Source of the DNA: Chiloscyllium plagiosum
Lineage: Eukaryota
Assembly: GCF_004010195.1 (NCBI RefSeq)
Contig: NC_057750.1
Location: 11,879,144-11,943,143, forward strand
Direction of reading: 5' to 3'
DNA length: 64,000 nt
Numbering within the stretch: position 1 is the first letter of the stretch; each line of letters opens with the position of its first letter. Positions 1 through 14,100 of the stretch are shown piece by piece. Made by a program: the position numbers and the translations under genes. The notes under the pieces were generated by a model, which worked only from the letters and a program-made list of their open reading frames with translations, had not been told where the DNA came from and did no database searches.

Positions 1-302
1 ACACCAGCTTCGATTCCAGCCTCGGGTGACAGTCTGTGTGGAGTTTGCTCGTTCTCCCTATGTCTGCGTGGGTTTCCTCCGGGTGCTCAGGTTTCCTCCC
101 AGATAACAGTTAGCCAAGCATCTGGACTTTGCGATCTTGTTTGGATAATGTGCAGGTCAGGTGAATTGGCCATGCTAAATTGCCCATAGTGTTAGGTGCA
201 TTAGTCAGCGGGAAATGGGTCTGGGTGGGTCACTCTTCGGAGGGTCGGTGTGGACTGGCTGGGCCGAAGGGCCTGTTTCCACACTGTAGGGAATCTAATC
301 TA
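1..302 (+). mobile_element. HE1-like tRNA-derived V-SINE (5' partial)
   Basis: B-box ttcgattcc, V-domain (tgtgtggagtttgc...gtctgcgtgggtttcctccgggtgctc), CR1-type tail and (AATCT)n end. Confidence 0.85.
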
Positions 303-1324
303 ATTTTCAGGGTGGTAAGGATCTGAATTTCATCATTTGAAAAGCTGTTTGAAGCAAAAATTCATTCCGTCGTGGGACAGATAATGTTGGTCATGGAGAG
401 ATTAAGATATAAAATAGAGAATACTGTATGGTTCTCTTCCACCTCAGAAAGTTGTGGGTGCTCTCCCATTGAATGTATTTATTCACATGGGCAACCTAGG
501 CATGTGGGAGTGCGTGGGAAGTGGAGCTGGGAGAGATTTATCCGTGATCATACTGAACGTGGAGTAGGCTTGAGGGGCTGTACAGTCAAATATGGCTCCT
601 AATTCTTATGTTTTCCTGTGATGTAAATTAAAGGGCTCCCCATTGTCCTTTACACATGGGTGTGCTGTCGACTTAATTTGATATTGTAATTAAATCAACA
701 GGGCTTGTAAGTTATATGTGTACCTTCCTTTGCAATCCTGATCAGGGCCAATTCCAAAGTTTATAAGTTTCTGTTGTGATGTATGCAGTTCTAAGGGAGT
801 TGCCCACTGTTGGGGGTCCTTTCTTTCCAATGAAACCTCTTAGGTTAATGATGTCGACCCCATTCAAAGACAAGTAGAAAAGTTCTCCCCAGTGTCCTAA
901 CCAATGATTATACATTCAAGTTAACATTACTCATACAAACTGTGCTGATGAAACTTAGCAGATCTGGCAGCCTCTGTGGAGAGCGAAACAGGGTTGATGT
1001 TTCATCAGTTCTGAAGAAGAGTCAGAGTGGACTTAAAAGACAAACTATGTTTCTCTCCTGAGTTTCTCCACATTCTGGTTTTATTTCCAGCATCTGCAGT
1101 AATTTGTTTTAATCATGAATATGGATTGTCTAATCATTCATTTCAATGCAGTTTCTGGGACCTTGCTGTCTGTAAATTGGCTGCAGAATTTCTTAAATTG
1201 CAACAGTGACTACATTTACACCAAAAGTACCTAATTGACTGTAAAGCTGTCTGGGATATCATGTAATCATGAAACTTAATATACAAGTTTTATATGATGC
1301 AGGTAAAGATTTACAATACAATAG

Positions 1325-1410
1325 AGTCAGAGAGGTGTATAGCACAGAAACAGCCTCTTCAGTCCAACTCATTCATGCTGACCAGATAGCCTAAACTAAT
1401 CAAGTCCCAT
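1325..1410 (-). mobile_element. CR1 LINE 3' tail fragment
   Basis: Reverse complement matches the 3' ends of the CR1 copies at about 4340-4405 and 9700-9760. Confidence 0.7.
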
Positions 1411-1477
1411 TTACAATATGCTAGATAGAAGGGTATAACAGGGCCTTCTTCCACACTGTAGGGATTCTATGACAGTA

Positions 1478-1562
1478 GGAGAAAGTGAGGACTGCAGAAA
1501 TTGGAGATCAGAGCTGAAAAATATGTTGCTGGAAAAGCGCAGCAGGTCAGGCAGCATCCAAG
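1478..1562 (-). mobile_element. Penelope-like element 3' terminal fragment
   Basis: Reverse complement of the terminus at 7935-8018; flanked by the direct repeat GACAGTA (1471-1477 and 1563-1569). Confidence 0.75.
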
Positions 1563-1595
1563 GACAGTACCCGTATACATTTGTAAATAAAAAAA

Positions 1596-1916
1596 GGGGC
1601 AGCACAGAGGATCAGTGGTTAGCACTGCTGCCTCACAGCGCCAAGCACCCGGGTTTGCTGCCACCCTTGGGCAACTGTGTGGAGTTTGCACATTGTTTCC
1701 AGTGCTCCGGTTTTTTCCCACAGTCCAAAGATGTGCAGGTTAGATGGATTGGCTATGCTAAATTGCCCACTGTGTCGAGGGATGTACCGCTAGGTGAATT
1801 AGCAGGGTTACAGGGAAAGGGTAGGGGGTTGGGTCTGAGTGAAATGCTCTTCATATGGTCATTGTGAACTCAATTGGCCGAATTACCTGCTTTCACACTT
1901 TAGAGATTTTATTCTA
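1596..1916 (+). mobile_element. HE1-like V-SINE, diverged
   Basis: tRNA-like head (cagtggttagcactgctgcctcacagcgcca), V-domain and CR1-type tail. Confidence 0.8.
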
Positions 1917-2504
1917 TGTATCCTATGAAAATAAATTGTTGCAAGGCAGCCCAAAGTATCATTTTGTTCTTCGAAGTGCCAATAGTTGTTTTTGGCAGCC
2001 ATATGAATCTCTCTTATTTCAGTCTAGTTCCAAGTCTGGCATATTTGTTATCAGTAATATAGTTGTATGGGCTTCATTTGCTTCTGTGATCAACATTTGA
2101 TCAGAAGTTTGAGATTAGTCAGAAGCAACGGTCCTTGGAGGCATTGGGACAATTGTAATAATATTGTGGCAGGTAATCACCGTCTTTCTTTTGTAAATTT
2201 GCAAATGCAGTGTGAATGTACAAAATATACATTTTGGGCTGTCACTTAAAATTGAAACACCTACGCAAGTTGCTGGGGCTGGATCATTGCGATAATGGCT
2301 GCTAATTTGAGTCATGAAATTTGGCAACTTGGCTGACCTACATTGGGCCCTATTTGCTCAAGGGAGGCAGAGGCAGGATTGAATTAGGCCTGTCAACTTG
2401 GGGAAGTCACGAGTGCTAGGGCAGACTAGTTCAAGGACTTGTTTCACAAGATGTTGGGTTTCCCCTTCCCCTGCACCTCAGTGTCCTGTCATGGCTCCTT
2501 ACAC

Positions 2505-4405
2505 CTCAGAAACGGTATATGCTTATTAGGGTAAAAGGAAAGGCTGGTAGGTATAGAGAATGCTGGATATCTAAAGAAATTGAGGGTTTGTTAAGAAAAA
2601 GAAGGAAGCATTTGTCAGGCATGGACAAGACAGATCAAATGAATCCTTAGACTATAAAGGTAGTAGGAGTATACTTAAGAGGGAAATCAGGAGGGTAAAA
2701 AGGGGACATGAGATAGCTTGGGCAAATAGGATTAAAGAGAATCCATAGGGTTTTTACAAATACGTTAAGGACAAAAGAGTAACTAGGGAGAGAATATGGC
2801 CCCTCGAAGATCAGCAGGGCGGCCTTTGTGTGGAGTCGCAGAGATGGGGGAGATATTACACGAGTATTTTGCATCAGTGTTTACTGTGGAAAAGCACATG
2901 TAAGATATAGAATGTGGGGAATTAGATGGTGACATCTTGAAAAATGTCCATTTTACTCAGGAGGGTGTGCTGGGTGTCTTGAAATGATTAAAGGGGGAAA
3001 ATCCCCAGAAAAAAAATCCTAGAACTCTGTGGGAAACTAGGGAAGTGATTGCTGGGCCTCATGCTGAGATATTTGTATTGTTGATAGCCATAGGGAGGGT
3101 GTGCTGGGTGTCTTGAAATGATTAAAGGGGGAAAATCCCCAGAAAAAACTCTGTGGGAAACTAGGGAAGTGATTGCTGGGCCTCATGCTGAGATATTTGT
3201 ATTGTTGATAGCCATAGGTGAGGTGCCGGAGACTGGAGGTTGGCTAACGTGGTGCCACTATTTAAGAAAGGTGGTTAGGACAAGCCAGGGAACTATAGAC
3301 CAGTGAGCCTGACGTCGGTGGTGGGCAAGTTGTTCAGAGGGAATCCTGAGGGACAGGATGTACGTGTATTTGGAAAGGCAAGGACTGATTAGGGATAGTC
3401 AACGTGGCTTTGTGCGTGGGAAATCATGTCTCACAAACTTAATTGAGTTTTTTGAAGAAATAACAAAGAGGATTGATGAGGGCAGAGCGGTAGATGTGAT
3501 CTATATGGACTTCAGTAAGGCGTTTGATAAAGTTCCTCATGGGAGACTGATTAACAAGGTTAGCTCTCATGGAATACAGGGAGAACTAGCCAGTTGGATT
3601 CATATCTGGCTCAAAGGTAGAAGACAGAGGGTTGTGGTGGAGGGTTGTTTTTCAGTTTGGAGGCCTGTGACCAGTGGAGTGCCACAAGGATTGGTGCTGG
3701 GTCCACTGCTTTTAGACATTTATGTAAATGATTTGGATGTAAGCATAAGTGGTATAGTTAGTAAGTTTGCAGATGACACCAAAATTGGAGATGTAGTGGA
3801 CAGCAAAGAAGGTTACCTCTGATTACAATGGAATCTTGATCAGATGATCTAATTGGCTGAGGAATGGCAATTGGAGTTTAATTTACATAAATCCGAGGTG
3901 CTGCAATTTGGGAAAGCCAATCTTAGCAGGACTTATACACTTAATGCTAAGGTCCTCTGGAATGTTGCTGAACAAAGAGACCTTGGAGTGCAGGTTCATA
4001 GTGCCTTAAAAGTAGTTGCAGGTAGATAGGATAGTGAGGAAGGCGTTTGGTATGCTTTCCTTTATTGGTCAGAGTATAGAGTACAGGAGTTGGGAAGTTA
4101 TGTTGCGATTGTACAGAACATTGGTTAGGCCACTGTTGGAATATTGTGTGCAATTCTGGGCTTCCTATCGGAAAGATGTTGTGAAACTTGAAAGGGTTCA
4201 GAAAAGATTTACAAGGATGTTGCCAGGGTTGGAGGATTTGAGCTATAGNNNNNNNNNNNNNNNNNNNNNNNNNNNNNNNNNNNNNNNNNNNNNNNNNAGG
4301 AAGGGTTTGGAGGGATATGGGCCGGGTGCTGGCAGGTGGGACTAGATTGGGTTGGGATATCTGGTCGGCATGGACGAGTTGGACCGAGGGGTCTGTTTCC
4401 GTTCT
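2505..4405 (+). mobile_element. CR1 (HER1-like) LINE, 5'-truncated, decayed ORF2 RT; contains N gap 4249-4297
   Basis: RT motifs [40 protein letters not shown]-terminal RPLLEYCVQFW and [11 protein letters not shown]; stops and frameshifts present. Confidence 0.93.
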
Positions 4406-5037
4406 GTATTTCTCAATGACTCTAATAGCACCCCTTGCAAAATGTCAACAAAGGACAGTATTAAAACTGCAGAATCAGATAGTTTGTCAATTAAAGCAGT
4501 CCAGCAAATGCTAGTTTTTCCAACTTCTGGTTACTAAATCCTTTTTTTTAAATAAAGAGTGTAGGGTTGAAAAACATTAGTTTTTTTATATATATATGAA
4601 ACCTTATCTACCCTTCCAGAACATTTATGTGTACGCTATTAATTTGTAACACTCTTACTGAGGGTTAATGCTCTTAGAACAGTCACAATGTGGTCTTTTG
4701 GAACACCACATGAAGTTCCAAGGGAGCCTGCTGAGTTTGGGTTTACCTCATGTGAATGACGCCATCCGCTTCCCCCACTGGTCAAAATTAGATCTGGAAG
4801 AAAGGGAGCAGGATGTCCACATCTAGGTCACCATCTTTAAAGGTCTGTGAAATGTTTCCAAATCTGTAAAAATTCAGCCCAGTGACTTTAAGGTAAATGT
4901 ATTAGGAGACCAGTATTGATATTCCACCAACCCCAGTTGTTCTGAAGATTATCAGAAGAGTCAGTATGAAATGTGACATTGCATAAATGATGGTTTTCTG
5001 CATCATTTCAATTTGTTTTGTTTTCATGCTGTTTCAG

Positions 5038-5193
5038 GTAATGTGTCTGATATTCGGGAAGCCTGTTATGGCAGAGAGCAGAATTCCTTCATTCAGTGTG
5101 AAAACCAAGGTGGTGACTTTGGAAGGCATGAGCAAGGAATTGCTGAGAGAACGTTTGAGAAGCCACTCATCGAGCAAGCAATAGCACCGTTGG
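5038..5193 (+). CDS. HNRNPUL1: HNRNPUL1 probable exon 2 (divergent linker; alternative donor at 5202)
   Basis: Pyrimidine tract plus TTTCAG acceptor, open frame (G)[23 protein letters not shown]...IEQAIAPL, and a phase-1 donor (G|gtaact or CAG|gttggt) matching the phase-1 start of the next exon. Protein similarity is weak. Confidence 0.6.
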
Positions 5194-8100
5194 GTAACTC
5201 AGGTTGGTAGACTTACAGATTGTAAGCAAGTCAGCTGGGTTTGCTAATGAAGGGCAGTGCTGTGAATTGTAGTAAGTTTTAGTAACCAGCTGTTAGACCC
5301 TTTGACAAATATTTAGTCTTCCTCTATGCTGACACCAATGCAGCAACCCTTTTATTAACCGGCACCTATGGGACTACGGGTGAGCTGGTTGATCAAATAT
5401 TCCAGATATCAAGAGGTACACATAACTGCAGTAAGCCCAGACGAAGTGAATCTTCAAGACATCAACATTTATCAAAAAAATCTGTAATAACACCAGCACG
5501 CCCCTTTAAGTTAATGTAAAAATACACAGTAAATAATAGAAATCTAACATAGGGGTATACGTACAGGCTACTGTTATATTTTATTTACAGCATTAATACT
5601 CTGACATTGCGGTAGATCATGGTGTTTTAGGTATATAATTTTTGCCAATTTATCAAGCGTTTCGGTTGAAAAGGCGCCAATTAAAACAAAGTTTGCTGTA
5701 TGTTGCTGTGCCTAGTAAGTGTACGAAGAAAATACATGATTATTGATATTGATAAATCATATTAATAATTTTGTCTTGTTTACCAAAAATGGAAGTTAGA
5801 ACTAAATGGCTAAAATGCACTCTCTTTTCTGTACTTGTTTATGACTGGAATGCTAGCAAATTTTTAGGAGAACTATAAATAGCTCCCTATTGTCCATTAC
5901 AGAAAATGGTGCATTTTTGAAACTTTATACTTCAAATTTTCCTATTAACCTTTATTGCAGTGCCTATTTCTGCCATTGTAAGTGGGGCTTCCGCATGGCC
6001 TATACATTAAAAGAAGCTTATCACCGAAATCAATTTATAACTGCCCATCATGGTACACTCATTCATTCTTTTACATTTTCACTGCTTCCAATTACCTTGT
6101 TCACTTCTGTGGGTTATATTTTATGTGAACTGATCTCTTCCTACCTCAACACCATCCTGTTGCCCTTAGTCCAGGAACTCTCCACCTATGTTCGTGATAC
6201 CACCCATGCCCTTCACCTCCATCCAAGATTTTAGTTTCCCAGGTCCCCAACATCTCATCTTCGCTATGGGCATCCAATCCCTGTATACATCAATCTGCCA
6301 CGACAAAGGTCTCCAAACCCTCCGTTTCTTTCTCTCATGGCGTCCCAATCAGTACCATTTCGCCAACACCCTCATCTGCCTGGCTGAACTGGTCCTCACC
6401 CTCAACAGCTTCTCCTTCCAATCCTCCCACTTCCTCCAAACCAAAGGGGTAGCCATGGGCACCGGCATGGGACCCAGCTATTCCTGCCTGTTTGTTGGAT
6501 ACATGGACCAGTCCATCTTCCGCAGTTACATCGGCACCACTCCCCACCTGTTTGTCCACTACATTGATGACTGTATCAGTGCCGCCTCAAGCTCAAATGA
6601 GGAGGTTGAACAGTTCATCAACTTTACCAACATCTTCCGCCCCCGACCTCCAATTCACCTGGACCATCTCGGACACCTCCCTCCCCTTCCTGGACCTCTC
6701 CATCACCGTCTCTGACGATTAACTAACCACAGACATCTACTACAAGCCCACCGATTCCCACCCTACCTTCTGTAAAAATGCCATCGCTTATTCCCAATTC
6801 CTCCGCCACATCTGTTCCCAGGATGACCAATTCCACCTCAAAGTCCCAGATGGCCACCTCCTTCCATGATCGCAACTTTCCTTCCCACGTGGTTGACGAT
6901 GCCCTCCAGCGAGGAGAAAGTGAGGTCTGCAGACGCTGGAGATCAAAGCTGAAACTTTATTGCTGGAACAGCACAGCAGGTCAGGCAGCATCTAGGGAAC
7001 AGAAGATTCGACGTTTCGGGCACATGCCCTCCAGCGCATCTGTTCCACTTAATGCACCACTGTCCTTGAACCCCACCCCTCCCAACGCAACAAGGACCGA
7101 ACCCCCCGGCTCCTCACCTTCCACCCCACCAACCTCTGCATACATCGCATCATCCTCCACCTCTTCTGCCACCTCCAAATGGACCCCACCACCAAAGATA
7201 TATTTCCCTCCCTAACCCTATCAGCGTTCCGGAGACACCATTCCCTCCGTGACTCCCTTATCAGGTCTACCCCCCCATCAGCCCACATCCCACTCCTGGC
7301 ACCTTTCCCTGCCACTGCAGGAAGTGCAAAACCTGCACCCACACTACTCCCCTCACCTCCGTCCAAGGCCCAGGGGATCCTTCCACGTCTGTCAGCAATT
7401 TACCTGTACTTCTACCAATATCATCTACTGCATCCATTGCTCCCGGTGTGGTTTCCTGTATATCGAGGGGACAGGACGCCTTCTTGCGGATCGTTTCAGA
7501 GAACATCTCTGAGACACCCACACCAACCAACCCCACTGCCCCGTGGCTGAACACTTCAACTCCCCCTCCCACTCTGTCAAGCACGTGCAGGTCCTGAGGT
7601 TCCTCCAACATCAAACCATTACCACCTGATGCCTGGAGGAGGAACGCCTCATATTCTGCCTTGGGACCCTGCAACCACATTGGGTAAATGTGGATTTCAA
7701 CAGCTTCCTTATTTCCCCATCACCTACATTATCCCAGTCCCAAGCCTCCAACTTGGCACTGCCCTCTAGACCTGTCCATCACTTCACCCCTCTGACCTAT
7801 CACCTTCGCCCTCCCCCTCATCCATGTATCGATTTCGCAGCTACCTCCTCCCACCCCACCAACCCCCCACTGGCCCACAAGCTTCATTCCTGATGAAGGG
7901 CTTATGCCAGAAACATCAATTCTCCTCCTGCTCTTCAGGTGCTGCCTGACCTGCTGTGCTTTCCAAGTAGCACACTCTCAACTCTGATCTCCAGCATCTG
8001 CAGTCCTCACTTTCTCCTAGTTATATTTTATGTGGTCCATTATATGCAGTTCAACACATCACAAATTCGCCTTTTGTACAGCAGTTTTGTGGCTCACAAA

Positions 8101-11100
8101 AGAGGTTACTTAAACCTTCATTTTACAAATTAGAAGTAGGAAAAAAGTCAGATAACATGGTCCAGCTATAATGTTGTTTCCCTTCTAGGGGCCCTAGGTT
8201 TTCCCTGTAGTTATGTAAGACTTTCAAATCTCCAGGACCTGATCAGGTGTACCTGAGATCTCTGTGGGAAGCTAGGGGAGTAATTGCTGGGCCGTTGCTG
8301 AGATGTTTGTACCATGGATAGTCACAGGTGAGATGCAGGAAGACAGGAGGTTAGCTAACGTGGTGCCATTATTTGAGAAGGGTGGTAAGGACTAGCCAGG
8401 GAACTATAGACCAGTGGGCCTGATGTCGGTGGTGGGAACGTTGTTGGAGGGAATCCTGAGGGACAGGATATACTTGTGTTTGGAAAGGCAGGGACTGATT
8501 AGGGATAGTCAACATAGCTATGTGCATGGGAAATCATGTCTCGCAAACTTGATTGAATTTTTTGATTGATGAGGGCAGAGCGGTGGTCGTGATCTATATG
8601 GACTTCAGAAAGGTGTTTTAACAAGGTTCCCAATGGGAGACGGGTTAGCAAGGTTAGATCTCATGGGATACAGGGAGAACTAACCATTTGGATACAGAAC
8701 TGGCTCAAAGATAGAAGATAGAGCGTGGTGGGCAGGTTGTTTTTCAGATTGGAGGCTGTTAACCAGTGAATTGCTACAAGGATCGGTGTTGGGTCCACTA
8801 TTTTTTGTCGTTTATATAAATGATTTGAATGTGTGCTAAAGAGGTATAGTTAGTAAGTTTGCAGAAAACACCAAAATTGGAGGTGTAGTGGACAGCGAAG
8901 AAAGTTACCTCTGATTACAATGGGATCTTGATTGAATGGACCAATGGGCTGAGGAGTGGCAGATGGCGTTTAGATAAATGCGAGGTGCTGCATTTTGTGA
9001 AAGCAAATCTTAGCAGGACTTATACACTTAATGGTAAGGTCCTAGGGAGTGTTGCTGAACGAAGAGACCTTGGAGTGCAGGTTCATAGCTCCTTGAAAGT
9101 AGAATCACAGGTTGATAGGATAGTGAAGAAAGCATTTGGTATGCTTTCCTTTATTGGTCAGAGTATTGAGTACAGGATTTGGGAGGTCATGTTGCGGCTG
9201 TACAGGCATTGGTTAGGCCACTTTTGGAATATTGCATGCAATTCTGGTCTCCTTCCTATTGGAAGAATGTTGTGAAACTTGAAAGAGTTCAGGAAAGATT
9301 TACAAGGATGTTGCCAGGGTTGGAGAATTTGAGCTATAGGGAGAGGTTGAATAGGCTGGAGTTGTTTTCCCTGGAGCTGAGGGTTGACCTTATGGATGTT
9401 TATAAGATCATGAGGGGTGTGGATAGGATAAATAGTCAAAGTCTCTTCCCTGGGGTGAGAGAGTCCAGAACTAGAGAGCATATGTTTAGGGTGAGAGGGG
9501 AAAGATATAAAAGAGACCTAAGGGGCAACTTTTTCACACAGAGGGTTGTGTGTCTATGGAATGAGCTGCCAGAGGAAGTGGTGGAAGCTGATACAATTGC
9601 AACATTTAAAAGACATCTAGATGGGTATATGAATAGGAAAGGTTTGGAGGGATATGGGCTCGGTGCTGGCAAGTGGGACGAGATCGGGTTCAGATATCTG
9701 GTTGGCGTGGACGAGTTGGACTTAAGGGTCTGTTTCCATGGTGTACATCTCTGTGACTCAATTACTTTCTTTATATTTCCAGTAAGACTTCTAAGAAGAG
9801 TATTAGTCATTTCATCGCAGTTTATTTGTGTTTACTCTTACCCTGAAAATTTCTGACTCATGATAGCTGAAATAATTCTACAGAGGCTGATATCCTGTTG
9901 CCAAGTCACCCTTTATTACATGTGCATAGTTCTTGACACTGGTCAGATTTCCTCTTACAGTGACCAGAACCTGACCTTGTTACAATCGCTTCAGTAGCCA
10001 CGTGAAATCTGTCATGTAATAAGATTTTAGTTGATGTTTACATTGTGGCCTTCCCCACTAACCTTTTAATCCCTTACTAAGGAAGAATATGTATACCTCT
10101 GCCTGAAAAATATTCAAGGACTCTGTTTCTGAAAAAGTGATGGAAACAGTGATCCAAAAATCCACAACCTTCAGATAAAAAAAAATTGCCTCATCTGTTT
10201 TAAATGGGAGATCCTCATTCTAGATTCTCCCATCAGAGGAAGCATCCAGTCCATATCTACGCTGTCAAGACCCTCACAATGTTACAATCAAGTCAGCTGC
10301 TACTCTTCGAAACTCTAGCAGGTACAAGCCTAGCTCATCCAACATTTCCTCATAGACAACCCTCTTATTCCAGGCATAAGTCTTATAAACCTTCTCTGAA
10401 TTGGCTCCCAATGCATTTACATCCTTCCTTGAATAAAATGACCAATACTGTGTACAGTACTTCAGTTGTGGTCTCACCAGTGCTCTTTATAATTGAAGCA
10501 TAACCTCTCCACTTTTGCATTCCATTGCCCTCGCAAAAATTGATATCATTCTATTAGCCTTCCTAATGACTTGCTATACCTGCATATTAACCTTTTCCAA
10601 TTTATACATGAGTATACTCAGGTCTCTGCATCCCTGAACTCTGCAATCTCTCACCATTTAGATAACATACTTTTTAATTCTTCCTACTGAATTGGGCAAT
10701 GTCATGTTTTTCCACCTTTTATGCTCCTGCTTGCTACCTGGCTTCCCACTTATTTAATCTATCTGCATTTTTTTGCATCACCTTTATATCCTCTTAATCC
10801 TTGTGTCAATGGAAATTTAGTAACCAAAAATTCAATAACTTCAGGTCTTTTGTATAAGTTGTAAACTGTTGAGGTCCCAGCTCTGATCCTTGTGGCATGC
10901 TGCCCTTTTATATCATGCCAGTTGGAAAAACACCTATTTCTACTTATCTCTGCTACCTGTTAGCCAGCCACGGGACGGCACAGTGGCTCAGTGGTTAGCC
11001 CTGTTGCCTCACAGTGCCAGGGACCCGGTTTGATTCCAGGCTCTGGCGACTGTCTGTGTGGAGTTTTCTCCGGGTGCTTCGGTTCCCTCCCACACTCCAA

Positions 11101-14100
11101 AGATATGCAGGTCAAGTGAATTGACCATGCTAAATTGCCCATAGTGTTAGGTGCATTAGTCAGAGGGTAACTCTTCGGAAGGTCAGTGTGGACGTTTTGG
11201 GCCAAATGTTTCCACCCTATGGGGAGTCAATCTTCTATCCGTGCTAAATGATACTCCCACACAATGGTTTTTTAATTTTTGCAATAACTTTTGATTGGGT
11301 ACCATGTCAAATGCTCTCAGCACACATTACTTCCTCAGAATCCCAATAGATGGGTCAAACATGATTTCTCAAAAAGATACCTACAGTAATGTGGTTGACT
11401 ATTAATTGAACCCTGAAATAGCCTAGCAAGCCACTAGCTCAAGGGCACTTAGGGAAAGACAGCAAGTGCCAGTCTCCCCAATGATGTACATATCATTTGT
11501 AAATTAAAACCAATTAAAAGCATTTATTAAATATCTTACTAGGCACTTCTTTTAAGACCCAGCCACTTGTTGGTGTTAGGCCAGTACCACAGCTCTGGTG
11601 ATTGTGATTTGCTTGAGCTATGCTTAGTCTCCTTTTCCTCATTCATTGCTGCTATACCTAGTTATGTTATATGGGAGTTGAATCTGTTGTTTTCACTTGT
11701 GTGCAAAATCCTGTCAGATGTAATTGAAACTTCACTCTCCTATAAGATGGAATATGGCCTCTTATTCAGAGTGCCTGGTAATATTATTGCACATACACAT
11801 TTTGTAATTAGCACACTGAGTGGACATAATCCCTCATATTATTGTAATCCTCGTAAATGGTCAGCTTGAACGGTCACCAGATATCTGATTAATTGCAAGT
11901 GAAGGGCAATGGCAACTCAGTGCAGAAGATATTACTTGATTACACGAATATTAAATCTACTTAGCACACTTCATGAATAATGTTTCAACATGGAGTAAAC
12001 CCTCTGCTAATTTAAATGAGATACACAGAAAAGCTCACCTTGCACCATAATCTGTGAAATTTCAAGTGGCAAAGAACTATCCCAAATATCGCTGTTTAAA
12101 GAAAAAATTAACAATTTTATTCTTTTAAGTTCAAAAGAGAACATTAGACAACAACTATTTACAATTCCTTTCTCTTAAATCTATCTTTTCCCTCGTACTC
12201 TACAATAGTGGTCCGATTAAAAGTCCTGATTAAGATTTACAAAAAAAAATCACATTTCAAAACCAGCTGTGTCGATTCTCCTCTGTAGATTTTCATGGGT
12301 CGTCTTGTCTTTAGTATTTCGCTGCACAAATTTTTTATGGACAGGTACCTTTCAGATAGCTATTCTGCTGGCAGTCTGTTGGTGCTTGGCTGCTCTTTGC
12401 CATTCTCTGCTGTTCTCCCCAACTGTTCCAAATACCTAATTTTATATACCCCAAAACATCAGACTGTCCTGTTGGTTTGATGTCATTAAAACATTAAAAT
12501 TCAAATGTGATTGGATTTTGGTGTCTCGGGGCATAATTTAAACTGTTTGGCCGAATTCAAATTTGTTGTGTACCGTGGCAAAGCAGCTCCAGCTATTTCT
12601 TTCACAACCAAATGTTACATTTTTAAATTGCTCCTCACACTGTGCTTCCAGTCAGTCTTTGCCAGCTTTCACCCTCTCTTAAAGGTACAGTACATACCCA
12701 CACCTTCATAACAGTAATGCCAAATCTGGATCAGTATTGGTAACGTAACATAACTGAATCGATCATAGCATTTCCTGATCAGCTGAAAGGAATTAGAAAT
12801 GTTAAAACATGCTTGGTTCAGATCTCACCCCAATTATCTTTAATTTCAAAGTAGAAACTGGGTAAAGGAAATCAAATGATCACTGAGAGCTGTCCATCAG
12901 CTTTGTGGACTGATCCACAGAGTTGATTTGTGGCTGTGGATTTGCACGCCACCCCTTCACCGGCCGGTTGATTCAGAATAGAAATGATTTATAAATTTGT
13001 TGTCATTTGCTGCTTTGGCCTTTCTTTTGACACAAGTTGTTCTTCAGTTGGCATGTATGTCACATGTCTCCATTGCTCAATTGAGTTGCACCAATTAAAT
13101 AGTTTGTAATTAACAGGAAATGTGTGAGGAAGCTCCATGTTAGTATAGTGCTTAGCATCCTTGATTGCCATGTGAGACCAGGGTTCAGTTCCCTGATAGG
13201 AGTAGCTGATCTCTGTATAAATGGCTGTCTGTAAATATGGGTATGAATTCTGATTTTTATGGTACAACAGTAGTGCCCATACCTCTTTGCCAGGGGACTT
13301 AGGTTCAAGTCCCAACTGTTCCAGGAGTGTATAATAACAACTCTAATGAGGTTGATTTAAAAAATACAAAACAGTAGTTTTTTTTTAAAAAAAACAATCG
13401 AAATACGGGTTCAGGTACATAATTTTTTTAGTTTGTGTCACATATAGACACAGCGGTCAAAAAGACTCAGTCCTTTGAGTATAAGAGTTGGCAAGTCATA
13501 TTGAGGTTGCACAGGACATTGGTGAGGCCTCTTCTGAAATACTGTTCTGGTCACCCACTTATCGGAAGGATATTATTAAGCTGGAGAGGGTTCAAAAGAG
13601 GTTTACCAGGATGTTGCCAGGTATGGAAGGTTTGAGTTATAAAGAAAGGCAGGATTGGCTGGGACCTTTTTCACTGGAGCTTAGGAAGTTGAGAGGCAAC
13701 CTTATAAAAGTTTATAAAATGAAGAAGGGTATAGATAGAGTTAATGGTAGGTGTCTTTTCCCTAGAATTGGGGATTTCAAGACTGGAGGCACATTTTAAA
13801 GGTAAGAGCAGAGAGATTTAAAAAAGACATGAGGGGCAAATATTTTTGCACAGGTGGACATTCGTGTATGGAATGAACTTCCTGAGGAAACAGTAGATTG
13901 AGCACAATTGCAATATTTAAAACATATTTTAATAAGTACATGAATAGGAAAGGTTTGAAGGGAAATGGACCAGGAGAGGCAGGTGGGATTAGTTTAGTTT
14001 GCGATTGTGTTCGGCGTGGACTGAAGAATCTGATTCCATCCTATATGACTCTAGAAAGAACACAGTTCGCAGCAATTTGAGTCTCCGATGAAACATTGAC

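Noticed and set aside
3358..9856. RT-like ORFs as host genes or active retroelements
   Set aside because: They are fragments of CR1 and PLE copies broken by stops and frameshifts; none is intact.
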